A DNA stretch of 64,000 bases from Candidatus Poriferihabitaceae bacterium (lineage in GTDB: Bacteria; Pseudomonadota; Gammaproteobacteria; Arenicellales; Poriferihabitantaceae), in NCBI GenBank assembly GCA_965261915.1, contig CBDHDW010000013.1, positions 1,209,813 through 1,273,812 of the forward strand, given 5' to 3'. Below the pieces are notes generated by a model. It did not search any database, had not been told where the DNA came from, and saw only the letters and a program-made list of their open reading frames with translations. Of this stretch, positions 10,253-19,648 are shown one piece after another. Position 1 is the first letter of the stretch. Each line of letters begins with the position of its first letter. The translations under genes and the position numbers were made by a program.

Positions 10253-11790
10253 GTAACTGCCCAGGTTGTTTTTAAGCGTATTTCAGTTTTGCAATAATCT
10301 GATCGGCAGGCATCATCAGTGTTTCGATGATGTTCCATCCTTGTTTTCTCGCCGTTGTGATGACGCTGCGCAGGGTGGCAAAATCCTCTGCACCTTGTTC
10401 AGACCTGAACCCTCCCGATATTTTCTGGCGTAACTTCATCATCCGCAGGTCGCGTTCAGCTTCGTTGTTTGTGAAGGGTACGTCGGGATCTGTCAGAAAG
10501 CGTAGGGTGCCTTCCTTGCGATCGCGTAATCGTAACGCCAGATTATGTCCTGTCCGCTGCTTCTTGCGCCCCCGTCTTCCGGGTTTTGGCGGCACGAGTG
10601 GAGGCAATTCCTCATGGAAATCCAATGCTGCGGTGATGATCCTGTCGTATCGCCGATTGATAAGCGCAACAAGCGGTGTTGAAACCGCCACGCCCTTATC
10701 CCGCGCGGCCTGTGTGACATGGTGCGCACGCCGCAGTAGCCTTTGCATCTGACCAGCCCAATCTTCCTGTTCTATTTCGACCAACGCTTGCAGTTCCCGT
10801 AAATGGTGTGCATTGCACAACGCATGGGTAACACCATCCAGCGTGAAGTAGGGCTGCCAATGATCATGCACGATACAGCCCGTGAGATTGGATAACAGAT
10901 TACCGCGTTTGCTGCTGACCCGGTAGAAAGCCAGAAGCGGTGTACAGGCAACGTGAAGCCATTGCAGGCACCCCGTAATCCGGAAACCCGTCTCGTCAAG
11001 ATGTTTGACGTGGACCTGTTGGGCGATCACATCCTGCAGGTGAGAAGCAACCCCCTTGAGCCGCTCTGATGCTTTGCGGTTCATGGCGGCCACAGTGGCA
11101 GGAACCAAAGGGGCATTGAACAAATCGGCCATTATTTGCGCCAGTCTGTCTTCCGGCAGGAAATGGGCGCATTGGAGATATGTTGCCACTCCGGCGATGC
11201 GTGGCCCGTACTGCACGGGTGCCTTTACTTCCAGAGGAAACGCCGCCCTGGTTGTTTCCCCACAGTGGCCGCAAAGGCAGACATGTGCCCTGTGTTCCGT
11301 TGTCACCAGGGGTTGTGGCTCGGGCAGGTCAAACACCTGTCGTGCGGCGTAATCCTCTGCCATTGATGGCGACAGCGGTGTGCCACATTGCCCGCAGACA
11401 GAAGGAAAGTGATCTTCAACATGATCGGGATCTGCCGTTTGGCACAGGGTGCTTCCCTTGTGGCCTTTCTGCCCGCCTGACTTTTTACCGGATTTTCTCC
11501 GCAGACTTTTGGTTCTGGGTTCAGCCTTGGGCTTCTTTAGGCCGTCGCTTGAAGGCGGCTTGCTACTGTTGCTGCTGTTCAAGCTGAGGCGACGCTCAAG
11601 GTCTTCAATGCGAGCCACAAGCAGGGCTATCGTTTGTGCATTCTTCTGCTTCAGCTCTTCATAAGCCTCAACGGAAACATAACCTTTGGGGGCGTTTGAA
11701 AAAATCATAATCTTAATGAATCACATCGGGATTCCTCAGGCAAGAGAATTATTCCAAGAGAATTATTCCTTAGGGTACCTGGGCAGTTAC
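10253..11790 (-). mobile_element. IS66-family element, single-ORF (ISBst12-like) type, copy 1 (1538 bp)
   Basis: IRs GTAACTGCCCAGGT / ACCTGGGCAGTTAC; 8-bp target duplication CTTTTTAT at 10245-10252 and 11791-11798; only tnpC is present. Confidence 0.93.
10272..11708 (-). CDS. IS66 transposase TnpC
   Basis: NSSNSSKPPSSD, GGQKGHKG, zinc-finger CxxC pairs, HLDETG, CNAHHLREL, TNNEAERDLR. Confidence 0.95.
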   Translation of the reverse strand: MIFSNAPKGYVSVEAYEELKQKNAQTIALLVARIEDLERRLSLNSSNSSKPPSSDGLKKPKAEPRTKSLRRKSGKKSGGQKGHKGSTLCQTADPDHVEDHFPSVCGQCGTPLSPSMAEDYAARQVFDLPEPQPLVTTEHRAHVCLCGHCGETTRAAFPLEVKAPVQYGPRIAGVATYLQCAHFLPEDRLAQIMADLFNAPLVPATVAAMNRKASERLKGVASHLQDVIAQQVHVKHLDETGFRITGCLQWLHVACTPLLAFYRVSSKRGNLLSNLTGCIVHDHWQPYFTLDGVTHALCNAHHLRELQALVEIEQEDWAGQMQRLLRRAHHVTQAARDKGVAVSTPLVALINRRYDRIITAALDFHEELPPLVPPKPGRRGRKKQRTGHNLALRLRDRKEGTLRFLTDPDVPFTNNEAERDLRMMKLRQKISGGFRSEQGAEDFATLRSVITTARKQGWNIIETLMMPADQIIAKLKYA

Positions 11791-11841
11791 CTTTTTATAA
11801 AGAAATACTTCATTAACATAACGTACGATACGGAGTAAAAA

Positions 11842-12436
11842 ATGCAAGCCAAAATACTAAAAACCAAAATATTACATACCATTTCTACGCTGGCAGTTTT
11901 ATCTGTTGCTGTGATGGCGAGTCATTCGAGCGTAGCTGCTACCCCCCCCCCAACTAGAACCGGCAGAATTTAAGCCAGCTACGCCGGGAACGCGCATATC
12001 GGCCACTAATTCCGACGGGGAGTCTTGGTCATACACAATTGGGGAATCAACCGAGTTTGTTGTCAGCAGTGGCGGAGACTTTAGAGGGCCCCAGCCTACA
12101 GTGCTTTTTTGTTGGAAGTGTGTAAATGAGAAAGTTCAGTGGAAAAAGTATGCCAAAATTTGGCCGCTCGAAGTAGGCAAGAGCGTAAAATTTAATCGTG
12201 TGGGCAATAAGAAACGACCCAACAAAATCAGCGTTGTTGGGACGGAAACACTCGAGCTTGATTTTGGCTCAGTGGATACCTATGTGGTTGAGGGGACTTC
12301 TTCGTCCCCCGGCGGATGGAAAGGTAAATTTACGAGCTGGTATGCGCCTTCAATTGGCTGGGTGGTGAAAAGAGAATGGTCGGACAGTAACGGCGGCAAA
12401 GGAGCTTGGCATGTTGTTGAGGTAAAGCAACCATAG
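11842..12436 (+). pseudogene. Secreted hypothetical protein frameshifted in a poly-C10 tract (phase-OFF allele or homopolymer error)
   Basis: GGAG RBS, ATG at 11842, signal-peptide-like ...LAVLSVAVMASHSSVAA, C10 at 11942-11951. Removing one C gives one open 197-aa frame that joins ORF 12101-12436. Confidence 0.75.
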
Positions 12437-12894
12437 TTTCACAACCTTTGCAGGTTAGTCTTTTGTTCTCTGACTTCGATGGTTAATTCGTTTATCTCAT
12501 TGATTTATAAAGGGATTTATAAAGGAACATAAAAACACTCAGCACTACAATGTCGGCGTATTTACGCCATCCGTTTATATCAGTACAGCGGATAAGGCGT
12601 GGTCCGGGCTTTTAACCCCCGTATTTATTGGGCAGGCAACAGCTTATAAACGACAAACTGTGGCGGAAGGCCTTCCGGGTTTGACAAAGGCTGGTTCGTC
12701 GAGCCGACCATATTATCGGATTGCCATGCTGAAATGCTGTGGCCTGAGGCATACGACCCCTGACAAATCTATTGAAAGCATTTCGTTTTTGCGAAACCCG
12801 CTCGTTAATGTATACTCAGGCGCTGAATTAAAGCAGTTTGTGTTTTCGAGGTTGCTTTAAATTTCAAATAAATCACTACCAGGAGAAATTTAAG

Positions 12895-14121
12895 ATGAAA
12901 AAACTAAGCCTGTTTACAGGGGTGGTTGCCAGCGCAATGTTGCTGTTTACCAATGGAGCCGCCGCGCAGGACTGCGAAGAGTTGGTTCTGGGTTCAGCAA
13001 TATCGCTAACGGGCAAATACGCTTCCAACGGTGTTCATGCCAAAAACGGTTATGAATATGCCATTACCAAAATTGATGAGAATGGCGGCGTTAAGGTTGG
13101 CGACAAATGTTATCACTTTCGTGTCATCTACTATGATGACGAGTCAAAAGGCGATCGCGGTGCGACGCTTGCCGAACGATTGATCAATCAGGATAAGGTT
13201 CAATACATGCTTGGGCCGTATTCTTCCGGCCTGACAAAAGCGATTGCCCCTGTTACCGAAAAATACCAGATCCCAATGGTTGAGGCTGAAGGTGCTTCGC
13301 GCTCATTGTTCAATAAAGGCTACAAGTATCTTTTCGCGGTACTTTCTACCTCTGAGCAATATCTTGCATCTGCAATTGCCCTGGCCGCAGAAAAAGCGGA
13401 AGAAAGCGGTTCATCAGCGGCAGATGTAAAAGTTGCGATTGCCGTTGAAAATGATCCGTTCTCATTAGATATACGTGCCGGTGTCCTTGAAGATGCTGGA
13501 AAGCGGGGTATGCAGATCGTTATCGATGAACAGTTGCCTCGCGATCTGTCAGACATGAGTGCGATCTTAACCAAGGTTAAGTTACTTAAGCCTGACGTAT
13601 TAGTGGTGAGTGGCCACTCAAAAGGTGCGGCAACTGCGGTTCGCCAAATTGAAGAACAAAATATCAGCGTCCCCATGGTTGCGGTTACACACTGCGAAGC
13701 AGCTGACGTAGTAGGTAATTTTGGAGCGGCAGCGAATGATATCCTGTGTTCAACGCAATGGGCTGAAACCCTGACGTACGGCGACCCGATTTTCGGAACT
13801 GCTGCAGAATATGAGCAGGGTTTTAAAGGGGCCTACTCAGAGTACGCGGATAAAAAGGTTCCGTATCAAACCGCCCAGGCTTCGGCAGCCGTTTACGTGT
13901 TCAAAGATGCGTTTGAGCGTGCCGGATCGCTAGACAGAGAAGCGGTACGTGATGCCATTGCAGCAACCGATTTGAGTACGTTTTACGGTCAAATCAAGTT
14001 CTCGGAAAAGGGCAACAATATTGCCAAGCCGATGGTGTTACGGCAGATACAAGACGGGGAATACAATGTAGTAGCACCGTCTGCTTTTGCTTCTCACCCA
14101 CTGAACTGGCCTCGTAACTAG
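12895..14121 (+). CDS. Branched-chain amino acid/amide ABC transporter substrate-binding protein (LivJ/K-like)
   Basis: AGGAG RBS before ATG at 12895, signal peptide, SLTGKYA, YYDDES, LGPYSSG motifs. Confidence 0.92.
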   Translation: MKKLSLFTGVVASAMLLFTNGAAAQDCEELVLGSAISLTGKYASNGVHAKNGYEYAITKIDENGGVKVGDKCYHFRVIYYDDESKGDRGATLAERLINQDKVQYMLGPYSSGLTKAIAPVTEKYQIPMVEAEGASRSLFNKGYKYLFAVLSTSEQYLASAIALAAEKAEESGSSAADVKVAIAVENDPFSLDIRAGVLEDAGKRGMQIVIDEQLPRDLSDMSAILTKVKLLKPDVLVVSGHSKGAATAVRQIEEQNISVPMVAVTHCEAADVVGNFGAAANDILCSTQWAETLTYGDPIFGTAAEYEQGFKGAYSEYADKKVPYQTAQASAAVYVFKDAFERAGSLDREAVRDAIAATDLSTFYGQIKFSEKGNNIAKPMVLRQIQDGEYNVVAPSAFASHPLNWPRN

Positions 14122-14136
14122 TCTTTGGCGCAAATT

Positions 14137-14168
14137 AAAACCGGATGTCGATCTGGCATTCGGTTTTT
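14137..14168 (+). terminator. Intercistronic hairpin/terminator after the substrate-binding gene
   Basis: AAAACCGGATGTC-GATCT-GGCATTCGGTTTTT stem-loop with a T tail. Confidence 0.6.
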
Positions 14169-14203
14169 CTGCTTTTTGAAGCGTATAAAAATGTAATCTC
14201 GAT

Positions 14204-15115
14204 ATGGATCAAATCTTATCCAACATATCCCTGTTATTTGAGTTTCCCGTTGTCAATCTCAAAATCGTCATCGATGGTGTGATGATTGGTGCCTTGTTTG
14301 CGCTTGCCGCCTACGGTTTGGCATTGGTTTGGGGGGTAATGAATGTTAAAAATCTGGCGCAGGGAGATTTTGTAATCGCCGGCGGATATACGGCGTGGTG
14401 GTTTGCAAACCAGGGCTTACCACCATTACTCGGTGTGCCGCTGGCGTTCATTGTGCTGTGGGTCGTTGGCTGGATTATCTATAAGTTGGTCATTTCGCGT
14501 GTGATTGAGCGAGATTTATTTACTTCGTTGCTCGCCACTTTCGGTATCGCCATTATGATGGCGCAAATTTTGAACTTAATGTTCGGATCTGACACGCAAA
14601 GTATTTCTCTCGAATACAAAACGTTGTATTTCTTTGACGGCTTCATCGATGTGCCAATTGCAAAACTACTGGGTGTATTGATGGCTACTGCTTTAGCAGC
14701 TGGGGTTATTATTTTTATGAAATCCAGTCGTATGGGGCAGGCAATCCGGGCAACCGCTCAGGATGCAAGGGCAGCGCGGGTTCTCGGTATCGATACAGAA
14801 AAAGTTTACGCTTTTACATTTTCATTGAATTCCGCAATTTGCGGTGCAGCAGGTGCGATTATTGTCATGGTCTGGGTAATTCAACCTTTTTATGGCATTA
14901 CTCATTCTATTCGTGCGTTTGTCATTGTTACCGCTGCCGGTCTCGGTAACCTGCCCGGTGTTATCGCAGCGGGTTTGGGGATTGGCGCGATGGAGCAATA
15001 TGGTGCGCATATTTTTGGTATCGGTTATCAGCAGGCGATTGCTGTTCTATTGCTTTTGATTGTTTTAATAGTTCGATTGATCCAACAGCGTCGCGTGCGC
15101 AAAAGCCTGCAGTGA
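14204..15115 (+). CDS. ABC transporter permease (LivH-like)
   Basis: GLALVWGVMNVKNLAQGDF, GQAIRATAQD, multiple TM helices. Confidence 0.92.
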   Translation: MDQILSNISLLFEFPVVNLKIVIDGVMIGALFALAAYGLALVWGVMNVKNLAQGDFVIAGGYTAWWFANQGLPPLLGVPLAFIVLWVVGWIIYKLVISRVIERDLFTSLLATFGIAIMMAQILNLMFGSDTQSISLEYKTLYFFDGFIDVPIAKLLGVLMATALAAGVIIFMKSSRMGQAIRATAQDARAARVLGIDTEKVYAFTFSLNSAICGAAGAIIVMVWVIQPFYGITHSIRAFVIVTAAGLGNLPGVIAAGLGIGAMEQYGAHIFGIGYQQAIAVLLLLIVLIVRLIQQRRVRKSLQ

Positions 15116-15127
15116 GGATGAATTGAA

Positions 15128-16162
15128 ATGAAAAAACCTGGACTCTACGCAGCATTAATCGTGTTCATCACACTGGCACCATTTATTTTTCCTGATTTCA
15201 AGACTCAGCTCGCGACGCTATGGTTAATGATTATCGTGGCCATGACCTGGGATATGACCGGTGGGCAGATGGGTTATAACTCGCTCGGAAACATATTCTT
15301 TTACGGCACCGGGATGTACGTAGCGGCTGTTATTACGATCGCAATTGCATTCAATGTGGGTGAATACAACAACGCTTTTGGCGATGAGATATATAAATTT
15401 ACTGACCAGCAATATTTTCTAGGCGTATTCCTGGGGATTTTGGGAGCCGGAATATTTTGCTCGCTATGTGCGTTAATTATTGGCGTTGTCACATTTGGAT
15501 TACGCGGCCCATATTTCGCAATTGGAACATTGGGTGTAGCAATCGCCGCCGGTGAATTGGTTTCAAATTGGGAATGGGTCGGCGGCGGTCAAGGCATTTC
15601 GCTTCCGGTCTATCCATACGACCTCGAACAGGGCAAAGTTTTCTTCTACTTTTTGTTTGCGGTTACCGGCGTGATATTGTTTATTTTCCTGAAATGGTTG
15701 TATTCCACACGATTTGGGGCGGCCATTAATGCGATACGGGATGATGAAGAAAAAGCCGAAGCAATGGGAATTCATACTCTCCGCTACAAGCTCACCACCT
15801 GGTCTATGTCGGCCTTTTTTGTCGGCGTTGTTGGTGGCATTTCCGCATTCCAGTTAATTCATTTTGAACCATTGGAAACAGCATACCAAACCATAAATCT
15901 GGGTATTTTTATGGTGGTATGCGTTCTGCTTGGCGGTAAAGGTACGCTTTGGGGGCCGATTATTGGTGCCATCGCATTTCATTTGTTCAAGGAAGTGACC
16001 TGGACTTATTTGCTGGGTTGGCAGTGGGTTGCTTTGGGTGCGCTAATTGTTGTTACTGTGGTGTATTTCAAGGATGGTTTGGTGGGTTGGCTGATGCATT
16101 GGAAACCCGAGTGGTTTGGAATTCGTGTTGAAGAATCCAGTCAATCGGAGGCTAAAACATGA
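15128..16162 (+). CDS. ABC transporter permease (LivM-like)
   Basis: GLRGPYFAIGTL, AIRDDEEKAEAMGI, GGKGTLWGP. Confidence 0.92.
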   Translation: MKKPGLYAALIVFITLAPFIFPDFKTQLATLWLMIIVAMTWDMTGGQMGYNSLGNIFFYGTGMYVAAVITIAIAFNVGEYNNAFGDEIYKFTDQQYFLGVFLGILGAGIFCSLCALIIGVVTFGLRGPYFAIGTLGVAIAAGELVSNWEWVGGGQGISLPVYPYDLEQGKVFFYFLFAVTGVILFIFLKWLYSTRFGAAINAIRDDEEKAEAMGIHTLRYKLTTWSMSAFFVGVVGGISAFQLIHFEPLETAYQTINLGIFMVVCVLLGGKGTLWGPIIGAIAFHLFKEVTWTYLLGWQWVALGALIVVTVVYFKDGLVGWLMHWKPEWFGIRVEESSQSEAKT

Positions 16163-16902
16163 GTACCATTATTGAGGTTTCAAACGTCAGTAAATCTTAC
16201 GGCGGCGTGAAAGCCAACAGTAATGTCTCCATGTCGGTCGAGCAGGGTGGAATTACCGGTTTGATTGGACCAAATGGATCGGGTAAAACGACATTGTTTA
16301 ATTCCATCGTCGGCTATCATCCGGTCGATTCAGGGTCGATAAAATTTGAAGATCGGGAGATATCAAAAAAGCAGGTTCAGGAAGTTGCACGACTGGGTTT
16401 AATCAGAACGTTTCAGCAAACTCGTATTTACGGCGCTATGAACGGTGTTGACAATATGCTGATTTCCTTGCCCCACCGTAAAATGAAGTTTCTGGAGTCG
16501 TTCAGTCAAAATGGCGAGGGTGACTACGAAAAAGCCGATCGTCTACTGGAATTTGTCGGGTTGTACGAAAAACGGTTCCTGACTGCCGGTTCGTTATCGT
16601 TTGGCCAGCAAAAGCTGCTCGAGTTTGCAATGGCCTTAATGAATGAACCGGCAGCTTTACTGCTCGATGAGCCAACTGCTGGCATCAACCCAACTTTAAT
16701 TAACGGTTTGATTGACCGATTGAAGCGGGCAAACAGTGAATTTGGCATTACGTTATTCGTTATCGAACACAATATGCGTGTCATTATGAATATGGCGGAT
16801 AAAATTTATTGTCTGGCTCATGGTGAATTACTTGCTGAAGGCTCACCTGAAGATATCCAGAACGACCAGCGTGTAATTGACGCTTATCTCGGAGCGCATT
16901 GA
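16159..16902 (+). CDS. ABC transporter ATP-binding protein (LivG-like)
   Basis: GPNGSGKT, RTFQ, LSFGQQK, LLDEPTAG, IEHNM. Confidence 0.93.
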   Translation: MSTIIEVSNVSKSYGGVKANSNVSMSVEQGGITGLIGPNGSGKTTLFNSIVGYHPVDSGSIKFEDREISKKQVQEVARLGLIRTFQQTRIYGAMNGVDNMLISLPHRKMKFLESFSQNGEGDYEKADRLLEFVGLYEKRFLTAGSLSFGQQKLLEFAMALMNEPAALLLDEPTAGINPTLINGLIDRLKRANSEFGITLFVIEHNMRVIMNMADKIYCLAHGELLAEGSPEDIQNDQRVIDAYLGAH

Positions 16903-16907
16903 TTAAT

Positions 16908-17783
16908 ATGAGCGAACAGGAAAACGGAAAATCAATCAGAGGTTACGGCTCGGGAGATGTTGATGCCGTAATTTCGGTAGAAGAGGTTACGCGTCGTGCG
17001 GCGGAGATGGCCGAAACCATATCGATCGCCGATTTAGAAAATCTGGTCGATGGAGAATCGTATGTCGCCATCAACGATTTAAATGCAGGTTATGGAAAAA
17101 TGGAGATTTTGCATGACTTCAATTTAAGAGTCGGGCAAAAGCAATCGTTATGTCTGATCGGTCCAAATGGCGCGGGGAAGTCAACTATTCTGCATTCCAT
17201 ATTCGGATTTACCAATATTTTTTCCGGACAGATCAGCATTGGTACTGATGCTGGACTAAAAGATGTAACAAGATTGACACCGAATCAAAAGCTCTCAGAA
17301 GCGGGGATAGCCTATATCCTGCAGGATAAATCAATTTTCCCTGGAATGACCGTGGAAGAGAACTTGTGGATGGGTGGCTTTTTAAAAAACCAGCCCGCAG
17401 AAGCGAAACAATCAGCGGAAATGGTGTTCGATAAATACCCGAGATTGGCGGCAAGGAGGAAGCATCAGGCAAAAGTACTATCCGGCGGAGAACGGAGACT
17501 GTTGGAGATCTCCAGAGCGTTGGTAATGAATCCGGAGCTGTTGCTCGTCGACGAACCCTCTATCGGATTAGAACCTCGTTTTATTGATATGGTTTTCGAA
17601 ATTCTCCACGATCTACAGCACAACGAAGGCAAGACCATTATTATGGTTGAGCAAAATGCAAAAAAAGGTCTGGAATTTGCCGATATCGGTTATGTACTGG
17701 TATCCGGTGAGCTGGCAATTGCAGGCAAAGGTGATGAGTTGCTTGAAAACCCCAAAGTTGGGGAGTTGTTTTTAGGCGGTTAA
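16908..17783 (+). CDS. ABC transporter ATP-binding protein (LivF-like) with N-terminal extension
   Basis: GPNGAGKS, LSGGERR, DEPSIGL, VEQN; about 50 extra N-terminal residues. Confidence 0.92.
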   Translation: MSEQENGKSIRGYGSGDVDAVISVEEVTRRAAEMAETISIADLENLVDGESYVAINDLNAGYGKMEILHDFNLRVGQKQSLCLIGPNGAGKSTILHSIFGFTNIFSGQISIGTDAGLKDVTRLTPNQKLSEAGIAYILQDKSIFPGMTVEENLWMGGFLKNQPAEAKQSAEMVFDKYPRLAARRKHQAKVLSGGERRLLEISRALVMNPELLLVDEPSIGLEPRFIDMVFEILHDLQHNEGKTIIMVEQNAKKGLEFADIGYVLVSGELAIAGKGDELLENPKVGELFLGG

Positions 17784-17785
17784 TC

Positions 17786-17960
17786 TTATTTGTAATATTC
17801 AGTTTGGTATTGAACCCAGACTTCACTGATTTGGCCGATATTCAGATTAACGATTGCTTCACAGATATTTCCGGAATCGCGGTCGAGAATAACCGCGAAA
17901 GCGTGTCTTTGAACTTCATCATTGGATAAAAACCCTGAACCAAATTCTTAGTCGGGCTGC
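17786..17960 (-). pseudogene. Remnant of a copper amine oxidase (N2 domain)
   Basis: PTKNLVQGF then (frameshift) NDEVQRHAFAVILDRDSGNICEAIVNL resembles the PxK..V...R.AFAV.LD...G..E..V motif. Confidence 0.4.
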
Positions 17961-18085
17961 AGGCAAGCCAGGCAGTTCGGCGTTGATTAAATTCACTTCC
18001 TGCTCACTAAACAGGGTAGGGAGTATCAGGAATCCGTCCTTGTTTAACTTATTCAGGTCTTTTTCGGATAATTTCACTTTATCTT
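17961..18085 (-). pseudogene. N-terminal remnant of a phytanoyl-CoA dioxygenase/EctD-like gene
   Basis: VKLSEKDLNKLNKDGFLILPTLFSEQEVNLINAEL is the typical PhyH N-terminus; no continuation. Confidence 0.5.
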
Positions 18086-18208
18086 GTTTCGATGCAGCTA
18101 GTCGTTGTCGCACTATTGAGGGATGGTATCGGATATTTTGATCTATGAGATTAATTCGATTCGGCTATACTCCTTGAAAAATATTGGGGAAATTTCACCA
18201 GGTTAAAC

Positions 18209-19375
18209 ATGGCTAAAAAAACGTTAGAAAACCTGCGGCCTGATACACAGGCCGCGCGTGCGCTCGGTTGGGAGGATACTGAAACAGGTGCGGTAATCCC
18301 ATCAATTTCAATGTCAACAACGTTTACGCGAGATCACGACTACAGTGCACGAAACAATGGGACTTACTTACGTGACAATGGTCCAACCCAAAAACACGTT
18401 GAAGCTGTGGTTTGTGAACTTGAAGGTGGCGAGCAGGCATTGTCATTTGGTTCAGGTATGGCTGCCTGTACTGCTGCGTTCCATGCGCTTAAAAAAGGAG
18501 ATCACGCGGTTGTGTCAGGCGTGATCTATTATGGTGTGCTGAGCTGGTTAGCGTATTTTGCTGAAGAACGCGGCATTACCTACAGCCTGTTTAATCCCGG
18601 TAATCTCAGCGCAGCCCCGGATAGTCTCGAATCGCGACTGGATGAGCATGAGGCTCAGCTGGTTTGGCTGGAATCACCATCCAACCCCACCTGGGATGTG
18701 ACAGATATTCGGGCTGCCGCGAATCTGGCACATCTACATGGCGCACTAATTGCAGTAGATTCAACCGCAGCAACGCCAGTTCTCACACAACCGATATCTT
18801 TGGGCGCAGATTTAGTTTGCCATTCCGCGACGAAATATTTAAATGGACACTCTGATGTTCTAGGAGGGATTTTGGTTGCTGCGAATGCGCGAAGTGAATT
18901 TTGGCAGCGCATTAGACTGCATCGAAAATTTGCAGGTCCGATGATGGGGTCAATGGATGCCTATTTGCTGGTTCGCGGAATGCGCACGCTGTATCTGAGA
19001 GTGCAACGGCAAAGTCAGTCGGCACTACAAATTGCGCGGTTTCTACAAAACCATAACAGCGTTGAAAAGGTGCATTATCCCGGTTTGGAAAGCGATCCCG
19101 GATTTGAAGTGGCCAGCAAACAAATGCAAGGCGGTTACGGCGGCATGCTGTCAATACTGGTGCGGGGAGGAAAAACAGATGCAATTAACGTGGTGAAAAA
19201 AGCCCGAGTATTTAAAATGGCAACGTCACTGGGCGGCGTCGAAAGCCTGATTGAACATCGCAAGACCAGTGAATCAGATGTGACAAACACACCACAAAAT
19301 CTGCTACGCTTATCCATTGGCATTGAAGCGGTGGAAGATCTGATTGCTGATCTGGATCAAATGTTGGATAGTTGA
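18209..19375 (+). CDS. Cys/Met metabolism PLP enzyme (cystathionine gamma-synthase/lyase family)
   Basis: FGSGMAA, ESPSNP, HSATKYLNGHSD (PLP Lys), SLGGVESL, LRLSIGIE. Confidence 0.93.
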   Translation: MAKKTLENLRPDTQAARALGWEDTETGAVIPSISMSTTFTRDHDYSARNNGTYLRDNGPTQKHVEAVVCELEGGEQALSFGSGMAACTAAFHALKKGDHAVVSGVIYYGVLSWLAYFAEERGITYSLFNPGNLSAAPDSLESRLDEHEAQLVWLESPSNPTWDVTDIRAAANLAHLHGALIAVDSTAATPVLTQPISLGADLVCHSATKYLNGHSDVLGGILVAANARSEFWQRIRLHRKFAGPMMGSMDAYLLVRGMRTLYLRVQRQSQSALQIARFLQNHNSVEKVHYPGLESDPGFEVASKQMQGGYGGMLSILVRGGKTDAINVVKKARVFKMATSLGGVESLIEHRKTSESDVTNTPQNLLRLSIGIEAVEDLIADLDQMLDS

Positions 19376-19648
19376 TGGTCATAGCGAAGATTTTGCTTGA
19401 GAATCATCCTGAATTAAACGATATATTCGCCAATACAGAGGTAAATACCCAAACGAACAATACCAGCACAAGCAAAAAGAGGCACAAAGAACCAATCAGT
19501 CTTTCGTTTAAATCCGTTCTTTTCGTGTAATCTTCGACTTTCGCCAATGGCATCGGTAGCAGCAACTCTGAACTCGGCATTTGACATGTCCGCGCTCATA
19601 AAGAACCGTTCGACTGCGGGCAAACGTTAGAATTTCTTTGCAATGGAC

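Noticed and set aside
8515-11790. IS1380 plus IS66 as one composite unit
   Set aside because: Each has its own TSD, so they are independent insertions.
19414-19623. 69-aa ORF with a faint GNAT-like tail (LHEKNGF)
   Set aside because: Similarity is too weak to call.
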